Shown piece by piece: positions 17,824 through 26,966 of a stretch of DNA of 64,000 bases. This DNA comes from an uncultured Lentisphaerales bacterium (lineage in GTDB: Bacteria; Verrucomicrobiota; Lentisphaeria; JABSQK01), in contig CAYLNH010000008.1 in NCBI GenBank assembly GCA_964384625.1, positions 629 through 64,628 of the forward strand, in the 5' to 3' direction. Below the pieces are notes generated by a model. That model made no database searches. It was not told where the DNA came from and saw only the letters and a list, made by a program, of their open reading frames with translations. Made by a program: the position numbers and the translations under genes. The first letter of the stretch is position 1, and each line of letters begins with the position of its first letter.

Positions 17824-19866
17824 TTACGCATCCCCGTCAAATATTTTCTTCTCGCGGTAGGCCGTCCAGGCCGGCTCGAACGCAATGTCGCGCTCGGGGA
17901 TCGGGCGGACGGGGACGTGCGCAAACGTGAACATCCGGTCGCTGTCGCCGGCGTAGCTGACTTCCTGGATGGTCGCCCGCAGGTCTTGGTTCTCCGGCCG
18001 CCAGGCCGGGAGCTCGCCGTCTTCGCCACGCAGGATCTCCGGCATCGGGAGGCCGTCCGGATCCAGCACGACATAGGACCCGCGGCTGCCGCCGCCGTGG
18101 ACAATGAGGTCCTCGATGGCTGCCAGCAGCGCCACCTGCGTCAGGCACATGGATTCAGCCTGCACCGCATCCGCCAGGCGTTTGCGGTCATCGACCTTCA
18201 GACCGTCCTGCTGCAGTTTCTGATACTGCTGCGCGGCTTCAGTCACGGCGTCGCCGATGGCGGTTTTCGAACGGATATGCGCGCCGAAGCGAGTCATGCG
18301 GGCGCGGGTCTCGGCCAGAGCTTCAGCGGCCGTAACCGCGCCGCCGTTGAGCATGCCGTTCAGTTTCTCGAGGCCCGCCGCCACCGCCGCGGCAACCGCA
18401 TCGCTGCCGCTCACGTCCGCCGGCAGCTCGGCGCCGTAGACGTTGGCAATGTACTCGGCGGACCGGATGCCGCCGACCTGCCCGGCGTTCAACGCCGAGC
18501 CGCCCGGACGTTTGACGCCGTGCGTACCGGCCATCTCGCCGACCACAAACGTGCGCGGAACATTTGACTGCCACCAGCGGTCGACGACGAAACCGCCGTT
18601 CATATGCTGGGCGCAGACGGCGATTTCCAACGGCTCATTCCAGAGGTCGATGCCGTTCTCGGTGTAGATGTCGATCGCCGGCTGGTTCATATGCGCCAGG
18701 CGCTCGATCGGCAGATCCTGCAGCGCGCCGGTGCGCTGTAGATAAACCAGCGCCTCTTCCTCGAGGTGGTCCAAGGCGAACGCGTTCATGGCGTCCGTAC
18801 CGATCGGGTTCTTCAGGAAATCCATAAAGACGCGGCGGCCGCGCCCAACGATCTCGCGGTGCACGGCCATGTCGACCAGGCTCGACTGGAAGTCGTCGAT
18901 GCGCTGCGCGTCGAAGGGCCACTGGTAGCCTTTCAGGAAGATGCAGGTGGCCAGGCGTTCCATGGTCTCGTAGTACTCGGTCAGGAACTCGCGCTCGTCA
19001 CTGACGCCGTCGGCGGCGGTCGAGTAGATGCGCGGGACCACCTGCATATACGTGCCGGACACGTTCCAACGGAATTTGGTCGAAGCCAGACCGTACTGGG
19101 ATTCGGTGATGTTGTTGGCCTTCAGCCCGGCTTTCAGGGCGATGCCGTGGATACCCACCTGGCCTTTGGGATAAACCGTGGTCTGATATACCTCGCCGGG
19201 GCCGCCGCAGGCCAGAACAAAGTTCTCCGCCTGAAAGACCGAGAGGCCCAGGTTGTCGCCATCGACGTTCTTCTTGTCGATCGTCAGCATCGCGACGATG
19301 CGGCCGCCGTCGTCCTTGACAAAATCAAGGACCTCCTGTTTGTCCATGATCGGAATGCCGTAGCGTTCGACCATGTGCTGAAGTCCTTCGCTCATGAACT
19401 TACTGGTGCGCGGGCCGGCGGACGTCGCGCGCTCGTAGGGATCGTGATCGGTCTTATACCCGAGGAAAGCGCCTTCCGGGTCGTGGGGGAACGGCACGCC
19501 GGCGGCAACGAGTCGGTAGAAGCCGCGCAACGAACCGTTGCCCTCGGCCAACGCCAGATCGCCGTGCATACAACCGGGCGTCGTCATCGTCACGGCGAAG
19601 TCATGCGCGGTATCCGGCACCCGCGGCGACGTCCCCATCTTGTAGTAGGTCTGCTTGTCGCTGCCGGACATGCGCGAGGCGCCCAACGGCACGCCGGTGG
19701 TCACCACGGCAATCCGGTCCTGCGGCGTCTCGACGCCGGTCTGCTCGAAGAACTCGAACAGGTTGACGGCGCAGCCCATGCCGGCAGCGCCGGCGCCGAC
19801 GATGATGGTGTTGGTGGTGTAGACGGGGATCGTGGTGCCGTTGATGATGACTTCGGATGTATGCAT
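17824..19866 (-). CDS. FAD-binding oxidoreductase (fumarate reductase/succinate dehydrogenase flavoprotein-like, FAD_binding_2)
   Basis: 680 aa. N-terminal dinucleotide fold IIVGAGAAGMGCA. ...VLACGGPGEVY... and ...FVVGEMAGTHGVKRPGGSALNAGQVGG... are typical of this flavoprotein family. Substrate unknown. Confidence 0.72.
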   Translation of the reverse strand: MHTSEVIINGTTIPVYTTNTIIVGAGAAGMGCAVNLFEFFEQTGVETPQDRIAVVTTGVPLGASRMSGSDKQTYYKMGTSPRVPDTAHDFAVTMTTPGCMHGDLALAEGNGSLRGFYRLVAAGVPFPHDPEGAFLGYKTDHDPYERATSAGPRTSKFMSEGLQHMVERYGIPIMDKQEVLDFVKDDGGRIVAMLTIDKKNVDGDNLGLSVFQAENFVLACGGPGEVYQTTVYPKGQVGIHGIALKAGLKANNITESQYGLASTKFRWNVSGTYMQVVPRIYSTAADGVSDEREFLTEYYETMERLATCIFLKGYQWPFDAQRIDDFQSSLVDMAVHREIVGRGRRVFMDFLKNPIGTDAMNAFALDHLEEEALVYLQRTGALQDLPIERLAHMNQPAIDIYTENGIDLWNEPLEIAVCAQHMNGGFVVDRWWQSNVPRTFVVGEMAGTHGVKRPGGSALNAGQVGGIRSAEYIANVYGAELPADVSGSDAVAAAVAAGLEKLNGMLNGGAVTAAEALAETRARMTRFGAHIRSKTAIGDAVTEAAQQYQKLQQDGLKVDDRKRLADAVQAESMCLTQVALLAAIEDLIVHGGGSRGSYVVLDPDGLPMPEILRGEDGELPAWRPENQDLRATIQEVSYAGDSDRMFTFAHVPVRPIPERDIAFEPAWTAYREKKIFDGDA

Positions 19867-19956
19867 GAGTGGGTATCAGGTGTGGTGTTGTCGGATTGGT
19901 CACGAGCAAGAATGCTCGGGCACGAAAACCGGAATGAGCCGCGCACAGTTTGCGCG

Positions 19957-20721
19957 CTACAGGATGCTCAGGTGGAAGCCGCCGTCGATGTTGAGGACCT
20001 GGCCGGTGGCCATGGGAATGCGGTCGGTGGCACAGGTGGCGACGGCCGCACCAATGTCTTCGGGCATGCCCCAGCGACGAATCGGCGTGATGCCCTCGGC
20101 AATCAGCTTGTCGTACTTCTCGGTGACGACCTTGGTCATGTCGGTCTTGACAATGCCGGGACGGACTTCAAAGACGTAAATGCCGTCGTCGGCAAGGCGG
20201 GCGGCATAGAGCTTGGTCATCATGCTGATACCGGCCTTGGACAGGCAATACTCGCCGCGGGACGGCGAGGCGGTCTCGGCCGAGATCGAGCTGATATTGA
20301 TGATGGCGAAGTAGTCGTCGGGGTTCGCCTGCTTCTGCTCGAGCATCCAGTTGGCACAGGCCTGCGTCAGGAAGTACGGACCCTTGAGATTGATGCCCAT
20401 GACGAAGTCATAGGAGTCCTCGGCAGCCTCCAGGATATCGGCGCGCACTTTAGGCGCCACGCCGGCGTTGTTGACCAGGACGTTCAGCCTGCCGCACTTC
20501 TCTTTGACTTCGGCGATGGCCGCCGCGCGCGCTTCCGCCGAACTGATGTCGCACTTCACGCCCAGTGCGTTCGCGCCCAGTTTTTCGATCGCGGCCACGG
20601 CATCTGCCGTATCAATGATATCAGCGATGACAACGTCAAAGCCTTCCTTTGCGAGGGCTTCGGCACAGGCCAGGCCGATGCCGCGGGCGGCGCCCGTAAC
20701 CATTGCTACCGGTGCAGTCAT
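19957..20721 (-). CDS. Short-chain dehydrogenase/reductase (SDR) family oxidoreductase
   Basis: 254 aa. VTGAARGIG cofactor motif, NNAG, and the catalytic S...YxxxK (YCLSK). Confidence 0.9.
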   Translation of the reverse strand: MTAPVAMVTGAARGIGLACAEALAKEGFDVVIADIIDTADAVAAIEKLGANALGVKCDISSAEARAAAIAEVKEKCGRLNVLVNNAGVAPKVRADILEAAEDSYDFVMGINLKGPYFLTQACANWMLEQKQANPDDYFAIINISSISAETASPSRGEYCLSKAGISMMTKLYAARLADDGIYVFEVRPGIVKTDMTKVVTEKYDKLIAEGITPIRRWGMPEDIGAAVATCATDRIPMATGQVLNIDGGFHLSIL

Positions 20722-21333
20722 CTACTTCAGCTCCTTGATATTCTCGATGACCTTGCCGCAGAGGCCGTAGTCGATGGCTTCCTCGGCGTTCAGCCAGAAG
20801 TTGCGGTCGGTGTCCTTGCGGACCTTGTCGATCTTCTGGCCGGTGCCTTTGGCGATCACTTTGTTCAGACGCTCGCGCATCTTCAGGATCTCCTTGGCTT
20901 CGATGTCGATGTCCTTAGCCCAGCCGCCGGCGCCGCCGCTGGGCTGATGCAGCAGAAAGCGGGTGTTCGGCAGACAGAACCGATCGTCCTTGGGGACGGA
21001 CAGATAGATGTGCGCCCCGGCACTCGCGACCCAGCCGGTACCGACAACGCGAACCCGCGGGCCGACAAACTTGATCATATCGTGAATCGTGTCGCCGGCT
21101 TCCACGTGGCCGCCCGGCGAGTTGATATACACGGTGATGTCGTCATCGGAATCGGCCGCCAACGCCAACAACTGTGCCATCACTTCCTTGGCCAGTTTCA
21201 TGTTGATCGTGCCGCTGATGATGATGGTGCGCGACTCGAACAGTTTCTCGACGATCTTGTTCGGGAATTTACCTTTTGACTTTTCTTCGTCTTCGTCTTC
21301 GTCTTCGTCGCAATAGGTCCAGGTATCTTGCAT
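20722..21333 (-). CDS. ClpP/TepA-family serine protease with an acidic N-terminal extension
   Basis: [22 protein letters not shown]..., then ...[22 protein letters not shown]...[12 protein letters not shown]...LLHQPSGG...[18 protein letters not shown]. Ser, His and Asp sit at the ClpP triad positions. Only the 3' 203 codons of track ORF 20722..21720 are credible. Confidence 0.85.
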   Translation of the reverse strand: MQDTWTYCDEDEDEDEEKSKGKFPNKIVEKLFESRTIIISGTINMKLAKEVMAQLLALAADSDDDITVYINSPGGHVEAGDTIHDMIKFVGPRVRVVGTGWVASAGAHIYLSVPKDDRFCLPNTRFLLHQPSGGAGGWAKDIDIEAKEILKMRERLNKVIAKGTGQKIDKVRKDTDRNFWLNAEEAIDYGLCGKVIENIKELK

Positions 21334-21344
21334 GATGAACCTCG

Positions 21345-22520
21345 TTATTTGTTGGCTTCGATAATCGGCAGTTCCGGGACGTCGACCCAGGCCCGCTGGT
21401 CCCAGGATTCGAGCCCCATCTCCGCGAGTTGGACGCCCTTGGCGCCTTCGCGCAGATCCCAGCGGAACGGTTCGTCCTTCACCAGATAGCGGAGGAAAAG
21501 CTCCCACTGGATCTTGAACGCGTTGTCGTAGTCGCCGTAGTCCGGCACCCGAGTCCAGCCGTCGTAGAAGTCGATCGGCTGGTCGATGTCCGGGTTCCAG
21601 ATGGGCTTCGGCGTCTCGCTGCAGTGCTGGATAACGCAGTCGCGCAGGCCGGCGACGGCGCTGCCCTTGGTTCCGTCGATCTGGACGGTCAGCAGGTCGT
21701 CGCGGCGAACGCGGACGCACCAGGAGGAGTTGAAATGGGCGATAACGCCGCCGGCGAGTTCGAACGTGGCGTACGCCGAATCATCGGATGTGGCTTCGTA
21801 TTTCTCGCCGTTCTCGTCCCAGCGTGCCGGAATGTGCGTGGCGCCGCGGCAGGAGACGGACTTCACCTCGCCAAAGAGATTGTCCAGGACATAGCGCCAG
21901 TGGCAGAGCATGTCGACGATGATGCCGCCGCCGTCTTCCTTGCGGTAGTTCCAACTCGGGCGCTGCGCCGGAATGACATCTCCCTCAAAAACCCAGTAGC
22001 CGAACTCGCCGCGGACGGAGAGGATCTTGCCGAAGAACCCGAGCTCCTTCAGGCGCTGAACTTTCAGGAGGCCCGGCAGCCAGAGCTTGTCCTGCACGAC
22101 GCCGTGCTTGATGCCGGCTTCCTGCGCCAGGCGGTACAGCTCGTAGGCTTCTTCGCAACTGACCGCAGTCGGCTTCTCGCAGTAGATGTGCTTGCCGGCG
22201 GCGATGGCTTTCTTGACCCACTCGAAGCGGCGCGTCGTGGTCTGCGCGTCGAAGTACAACGGGTAATCGTCATCGGCCAGGCAGGCGTCGACGTCGGTCG
22301 ACCATTTCTCGATGCCGGTGCGTTCAACGAGTTTCTGGAGCTTGGCCGGGTTGCGGCCGACCAGGATGGGGTCGGGCATGATGTATTCGGCATCGCTGAT
22401 CTTGACGCCGCCGGCCGCGCGAATCTCGCAGATGGACCGGATGAGGTGTTGGTTGGTGCCCATGCGTCCGGTGACGCCGTTCATGATGATGCCAACGCGG
22501 TGGGTAGTAATGTCAGACAT
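21345..22520 (-). CDS. Gfo/Idh/MocA family oxidoreductase
   Basis: 391 aa. N-terminal Rossmann fold ([13 protein letters not shown]), ...KHIYCEKP..., and the C-terminal alpha/beta domain. Confidence 0.85.
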   Translation of the reverse strand: MSDITTHRVGIIMNGVTGRMGTNQHLIRSICEIRAAGGVKISDAEYIMPDPILVGRNPAKLQKLVERTGIEKWSTDVDACLADDDYPLYFDAQTTTRRFEWVKKAIAAGKHIYCEKPTAVSCEEAYELYRLAQEAGIKHGVVQDKLWLPGLLKVQRLKELGFFGKILSVRGEFGYWVFEGDVIPAQRPSWNYRKEDGGGIIVDMLCHWRYVLDNLFGEVKSVSCRGATHIPARWDENGEKYEATSDDSAYATFELAGGVIAHFNSSWCVRVRRDDLLTVQIDGTKGSAVAGLRDCVIQHCSETPKPIWNPDIDQPIDFYDGWTRVPDYGDYDNAFKIQWELFLRYLVKDEPFRWDLREGAKGVQLAEMGLESWDQRAWVDVPELPIIEANK

Positions 22521-22563
22521 TGGGAATTTCAGATTTTGGATTTCGGATTTTGGATTGAGAGGG
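22521..22563 (-). repeat. Tandem-heptamer leader element, copy 2
   Basis: Minus strand reads CCCTCTCAATC, then CAAAATC CGAAATC CAAAATC TGAAATT, then CCCA followed directly by the ATG. It fills the 45-nt gap between the cupin stop (22566) and the Gfo/Idh/MocA start (22520). No Shine-Dalgarno sequence is present. Confidence 0.85.
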
Positions 22564-22565
22564 CT

Positions 22566-23018
22566 TTAAGCGTCTGCCGGGGGATCGGTGCATTGCGGCT
22601 GCGCGCCCTCCGGCAGGGCCGGCACATCGATGCCGGCTTTAGGCAGCGTGCCGGACAGTTCCTGGCGCCAGTGATCGACGTCGCCGGCCGGTGCGTAGAT
22701 GTACATGAACCGCAACGGGGTATCGCCGATGTTGGTCAGTTGATGGAAGGTCCCGGGCGGGATGTAAACTGCCATGCCGCCGGACAAGGTCCGGCGCTCT
22801 TCGCCCAGGCACATCTCGCCGGTACCCTCGATGACGAAGTAGACCTCTTCGGATTCCTGGTTGTGCCAGGGGATCTGGCCGCCGTTCGGCTCCAGGGTAA
22901 CGTGGCCGGAGCAGAAGCCTTCGGCCTCAATGGCCTGGCCTTCGCCGACCATCGCCTGGGTGCGTCGGCCGGCCGGGTACGTCCGACCCTCGATTCGGCT
23001 CAAATCTGCAATGATCAT
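22566..23018 (-). CDS. Cupin domain protein
   Basis: 150 aa from MIIADLSRIEG. ...GQIPWHNQESEEVYFVIEGTGEM...VYIPPGTFHQLTNIG is a cupin_2 pattern. GAAGGAG lies 9 nt upstream of the ATG at 23018. Confidence 0.75.
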   Translation of the reverse strand: MIIADLSRIEGRTYPAGRRTQAMVGEGQAIEAEGFCSGHVTLEPNGGQIPWHNQESEEVYFVIEGTGEMCLGEERRTLSGGMAVYIPPGTFHQLTNIGDTPLRFMYIYAPAGDVDHWRQELSGTLPKAGIDVPALPEGAQPQCTDPPADA

Positions 23019-23315
23019 CGGTCGTGATAACTCCTTCTCAGCCGGTTGAAGACAAGGGTTCATAGGGGTCTTCGCAGGCAGAATCTGCACACTACCACCA
23101 AACGCCCGCTTTGCTACCTGCAGCCGAGTCATTTGTCCGCTCCACATCCCCTGTCGTTCCGGCCGCTTCCCGCACAACACGGCAAGTGGATCTTGACCGA
23201 ATCACCCCGGAACGGCGTGGCGGCGGCCGGCAAGGTTGGGCGCCGGACGGAACCCGGACGCCCGGACGGGGTCAAACCCGGTGAGTCCTTAGAGGACTCG
23301 CAGCCTGGAGGTTTT

Positions 23316-24494
23316 ATGTTTAGGCGGTTCGCCATCGTTGTCGGGCTACTGTTTGCCGCCGCCCCGGCTCGGGGCGGTGCGGTCTTGACGAAGACCGGCG
23401 AAGCCCGGGTCGGACCGATGCGCAAGGTGGGCGAGGTCGTGCAGCTCAAGGTCAAGTTCGGGGTGATCAAGTACAAACGGGGAACCACCCGGTGGTACAC
23501 GATCAGCTCGAAAGTCCGGACCTTCCTGCAGGCCGCCAGGGCGGCATTTCGGGACCGGGACCTGGTTGCCGCGGAAGCCTTTCTCAAAGAGAGCCTCAAA
23601 CAGGAGCCGGACACCAAAGCCGAGGCCATGAGCCTGCTCACGAGCCTGAAACGCCGCCAGACGGTTGCCGGCTCGCCCAACTATCGCGTCGCCGCCGATG
23701 ATGCCGCGGCGGCGGTGCGACCGCAACCCACCGGCCGCATCCGCCTGCAGTTTCCGGATCCATCGCTCCGCCGCAAGGAGGTCCTTGACGGCACGCCGGG
23801 CAAGCGCAGGATCTACCAGTCCAGGCATTCGGACTACAAAGGCGGCCGGTTCGGGGTCTACGTACCGAAGCGTTACAGTCCGGAAGACCCCATACCGCTG
23901 GTGGTCAGTTCCCACGGCGCCGGCGGCAGCGGGCCGGGCGAACTGGGCGGCTGGCAGGGCCAGGCGGACAAATACGGCTTCATCGTCATCTGTCCCTCGT
24001 ACAAGATTGCCGGGCAAGGCGGCAGCTCCCTGCGCGAACTGCGCCGTCGGGTCGCAGAAGACGACCGGATGCTGAGCGACATCATGAAGCGTGCCTTCGG
24101 TTCGTTTCATATCGATCGAAAGCACGTGTTGCACACGGGCTTCAGCGGCGGCGGCGTCCCGACGTGGTATATCGCCATGAACCATCCCGAATGGTTTACG
24201 GCGCTCTGTTTCCGCAGCGGCAATTTCTACGGCGAGTTCATGCCGCTGAAGGACGCAACGTGGCGCAACCGCCCGATCTACATCTTCTGGGGCACGAAGG
24301 ATCATCCCATCATCCTGAAGAAAAGCCCCGTGTTCCGCAACGCCGGCGAAGGCCCCAAAGCCCTGGAGTTTCTGGAGAAACGCGTCCGCGCCACAAAACT
24401 CAAAAAGGAGATCCTTGACGGCGGCGGCCACGCCTCGCGTGCCGATCTGGCGGCGAAGTGGTTTGCTGAGGAAGTGGTGAAGACCGAAGAGTGA
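23316..24494 (+). CDS. Secreted alpha/beta hydrolase (PHB-depolymerase/esterase-like)
   Basis: Signal peptide MFRRFAIVVGLLFAAAPARG. ...PLVVSSHGAGGSG...GFIVICPS...HTGFSGGG (GxSxG)...IYIFWGTKDH. GGAGG lies upstream of the ATG at 23316. Confidence 0.7.
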   Translation: MFRRFAIVVGLLFAAAPARGGAVLTKTGEARVGPMRKVGEVVQLKVKFGVIKYKRGTTRWYTISSKVRTFLQAARAAFRDRDLVAAEAFLKESLKQEPDTKAEAMSLLTSLKRRQTVAGSPNYRVAADDAAAAVRPQPTGRIRLQFPDPSLRRKEVLDGTPGKRRIYQSRHSDYKGGRFGVYVPKRYSPEDPIPLVVSSHGAGGSGPGELGGWQGQADKYGFIVICPSYKIAGQGGSSLRELRRRVAEDDRMLSDIMKRAFGSFHIDRKHVLHTGFSGGGVPTWYIAMNHPEWFTALCFRSGNFYGEFMPLKDATWRNRPIYIFWGTKDHPIILKKSPVFRNAGEGPKALEFLEKRVRATKLKKEILDGGGHASRADLAAKWFAEEVVKTEE

Positions 24495-24522
24495 GCTGCC
24501 GTGCAGCACGGCGGCATCGGCC

Positions 24523-24756
24523 CTACGCCCATTCGGCCAGGGTGTGCTCAAACGCGGCCACCGTGGCGTTCAGCGTAATGCGAGCGACCTCACCGCGACC
24601 CGTCCAGTCGCTGCCCTGCTGGATATAGAGCCCTTCCAACTGCCGCCGCACCTCGTCGATACCGAATCCCTGCTCCTCGCGGCGCAGTTCGAGATCGTGG
24701 CAGATATTCTCGAATACCTCGTTGTACGTCACCTCACGCCAGTCATCGTCAGGCAT
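24523..24756 (-). CDS. Hypothetical small acidic protein (77 aa)
   Basis: Coding-like codon usage. AGGAGG lies 8 nt upstream of the ATG at 24756 (MPDDDWREVTYNEVFENICHDLELRREEQ...). I recognise no family. Confidence 0.5.
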   Translation of the reverse strand: MPDDDWREVTYNEVFENICHDLELRREEQGFGIDEVRRQLEGLYIQQGSDWTGRGEVARITLNATVAAFEHTLAEWA

Positions 24757-25001
24757 GCCGGAATCCTCCTGCCGCAATTGTAGTTTTGATCATCGCAGCG
24801 TCAAACTTTTTCAGTCAAGCACAGAAACAACCGGGCTTCGCAATGCGCGGTCACGGCGGGCCCACTCCTTTCGCCGCTGAGGACATATGTGTAGACATGC
24901 GACCGAATCAAGCCTGCCGCCCGGCTTTGCCAAAACGTTTGCGGCTTACTGTGGATTAATGGATTGCGGGCGGCAACGTTATTGGTGCAGAGGAGTGAGA
25001 C

Positions 25002-26270
25002 GTGTTGCGAAGCATCCAGATGTTGCGTCCGAAGGAATCGGCGGCGGCCGGCGGTTTCAACGGTGCCGCGTTTCCGTCGTCGGTGAAGTGGGTCATGGTA
25101 CTCGGCGTTCTCGGGCTCGTCCTGCTGCAGTCTCCGGCAACGGCGCCGATCGGCTGGGTCATGCTGAATTTCTACCTGTTTTGCATCTTCGAATTCCTTC
25201 TGATCATCCCGCATGAACTGGCGCATGCATTCACAGCAGTCCTGTTGAGGATGCGGGTGTTCCGGATCGTCCTGGGGGCGGGCAAGCAGGTTGCGGCATT
25301 CCGTTGTTGCGGTTGGGACTGGCAGATCAACTCCGTCCTGGTCGGCGGCATGACCCGGGCATCAGCACGAACTGCGAACTGGTACCGGACCCGGCATGTT
25401 CTGGTGACCCTGGCAGGGCCGCTGGTCAGCGCCGTGCCGGTGTTGTGGTTCGCCGTTTTGACTTTGCGCGGCGACACTGTGGACACCGCCTTTACGGCCG
25501 GCATCTGTCTCGGCGCCGTCCTGGTTCTGGCAAGTCTGGTCAGCGTGTTGACGGCCTTGGCGCCGCGACCGATCCGGACGGCAACCGGACGTTCTCAGAG
25601 CGACGGCCTGGCACTGTTGCGTCTGCCGTTCATCAGCGATGCGGAGATCCGTTCGCGTCTGGCGTGGTATTACTCCCTGTGCGGCGCCGACTATCGGCGG
25701 CAGGGGAACCCGGACGCGGCCTTGGCGTGCTACGAGGAGGGGCTGGCCAAAACCGGCTCGCACCCGGTTCTGCGTATGGACCAGGCGGTCGTGCTGATCG
25801 ATCTGCGGCGCTGCGACGAGGCGCGATCGCTGTTGCGGGCCTTCCTTGAGCGCGAAGACATCGGCACCGGGATGAAGCTGCTGGCGATGAACAACCTGGC
25901 CTGCGCGGACCTGCTGTCGCGCAACGAGGAGTACCTGGAAGAAGCCGATCAGCTCTCGGCCGAGGTCTTTGCGGCTCTGCCGCAGGTTGCAGCCTGCCGC
26001 AGCACGCGGGGTGCAGTGCTGCTGGCGCGGGGCGAGATCGCCGCCGGTCTGGCGTTGCTCAAGGACAGCATCGGCCGCGACAAGCCGTGGGCGAAGAAGG
26101 CGGTGGATGCCTGCTGGATCGCGGTCGGCGAAGCCCGCCGCGGCAACGACGCCCGCGCCCGCGAATTCGCCCTGCTGGCGGAGACGCTGGCGCCCGATTC
26201 GCGTTTGCTGGCGTTCGTTCGCGAAGAACTGGCCGTCGCCGACCGTGAGGACGAGTTACTTGGCGGTTGA
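25002..26270 (+). CDS. Membrane metalloprotease-like (HExxH, M50/site-2-protease-like) protein with a C-terminal TPR domain
   Basis: GTG start with GGAG upstream. TM helices carry ...IIPHELAHAFTAVLL... The C-terminal half is TPR-like (YYSLCGADYRRQGNPDAALACYEEGL...). Confidence 0.62.
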   Translation: MLRSIQMLRPKESAAAGGFNGAAFPSSVKWVMVLGVLGLVLLQSPATAPIGWVMLNFYLFCIFEFLLIIPHELAHAFTAVLLRMRVFRIVLGAGKQVAAFRCCGWDWQINSVLVGGMTRASARTANWYRTRHVLVTLAGPLVSAVPVLWFAVLTLRGDTVDTAFTAGICLGAVLVLASLVSVLTALAPRPIRTATGRSQSDGLALLRLPFISDAEIRSRLAWYYSLCGADYRRQGNPDAALACYEEGLAKTGSHPVLRMDQAVVLIDLRRCDEARSLLRAFLEREDIGTGMKLLAMNNLACADLLSRNEEYLEEADQLSAEVFAALPQVAACRSTRGAVLLARGEIAAGLALLKDSIGRDKPWAKKAVDACWIAVGEARRGNDARAREFALLAETLAPDSRLLAFVREELAVADREDELLGG

Positions 26271-26741
26271 CACCACCACGGTTGTTTCGCCGTCGATATC
26301 CGTGATCTGAACCGTCACGGCGCGGTCTGCCTTTTTGTAGACCAGGAGTTGCTGCAGGCCAGCGGTTTCAGCCTTGCCGGTCCATCCCTGGGCTTCCATC
26401 CATTTGCCATAGGCCGCAATCAACTCAGGAGTCGGTGTATTCGTCTGGTACGTCACCTCCGCGGCACCGGCATTGATGAGGGTTGCACTTTCCGGAATCA
26501 GAACGTCTTTCGGAAACTCCGCATGAACCGCGACCTTTTCCTGCGGCGGCAGATTCAGCGGTTTGCGGACGCGCTCCTTGGGCTTGGGCGGCGCTCGGAA
26601 GATCAATTCCTCTTCGGGTTCGGAAGCCGGTTTCGCCGGCAGTTTGATCGTCTCCGGTTCTTTCGGTTTGCTCGGTTCCTTGCCGCAGCCGGCAAGAATC
26701 AACGCGGCGGCGGCACTGATGAACAGGCACAAAGTCTTCAT
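26256..26741 (-). CDS. Putative lipoprotein
   Basis: MKTLCLFISAAAALILAGC is a lipobox (LAGC), followed by a Pro/Lys/Glu-rich linker. The 3' end overlaps the convergent gene by 15 nt. Confidence 0.62.
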   Translation of the reverse strand: MKTLCLFISAAAALILAGCGKEPSKPKEPETIKLPAKPASEPEEELIFRAPPKPKERVRKPLNLPPQEKVAVHAEFPKDVLIPESATLINAGAAEVTYQTNTPTPELIAAYGKWMEAQGWTGKAETAGLQQLLVYKKADRAVTVQITDIDGETTVVVSTAK

Positions 26742-26966
26742 GGTTTCCGTCCCTGACAATGTGGTTTAGGATTGGGTCTGTACAGTACGTCGAGCCGGCC
26801 ACCGGTGCAAGCATATCCTTGACTCCCGACCCTTGCGCCCGGGCATTTTCTGTCTACTGTATTCCGCGTCGAGCGTCGGCTGCCGGGTGGGGGTTGTGCT
26901 GCAGGGAGATGCCGATGCATCGCGGCAGCCGCGGAACATCAGAACAGGTAACAGGGACTGCCTTCG

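Noticed and set aside
18766-21279. 837-aa plus-strand ORF
   Set aside because: It is an antisense shadow of the FAD oxidoreductase, SDR and ClpP-like genes. It has no motif and low-complexity composition, whereas the opposite strand has clear family signatures. The same reasoning applies to 1506..2783, 12387..13679, 16108..17574, 21429..23027, 23346..24551, 43026..44087, 45845..47293, 51208..52569, 52307..54133, 56076..57131, 58823..60322 and 60901..62238.
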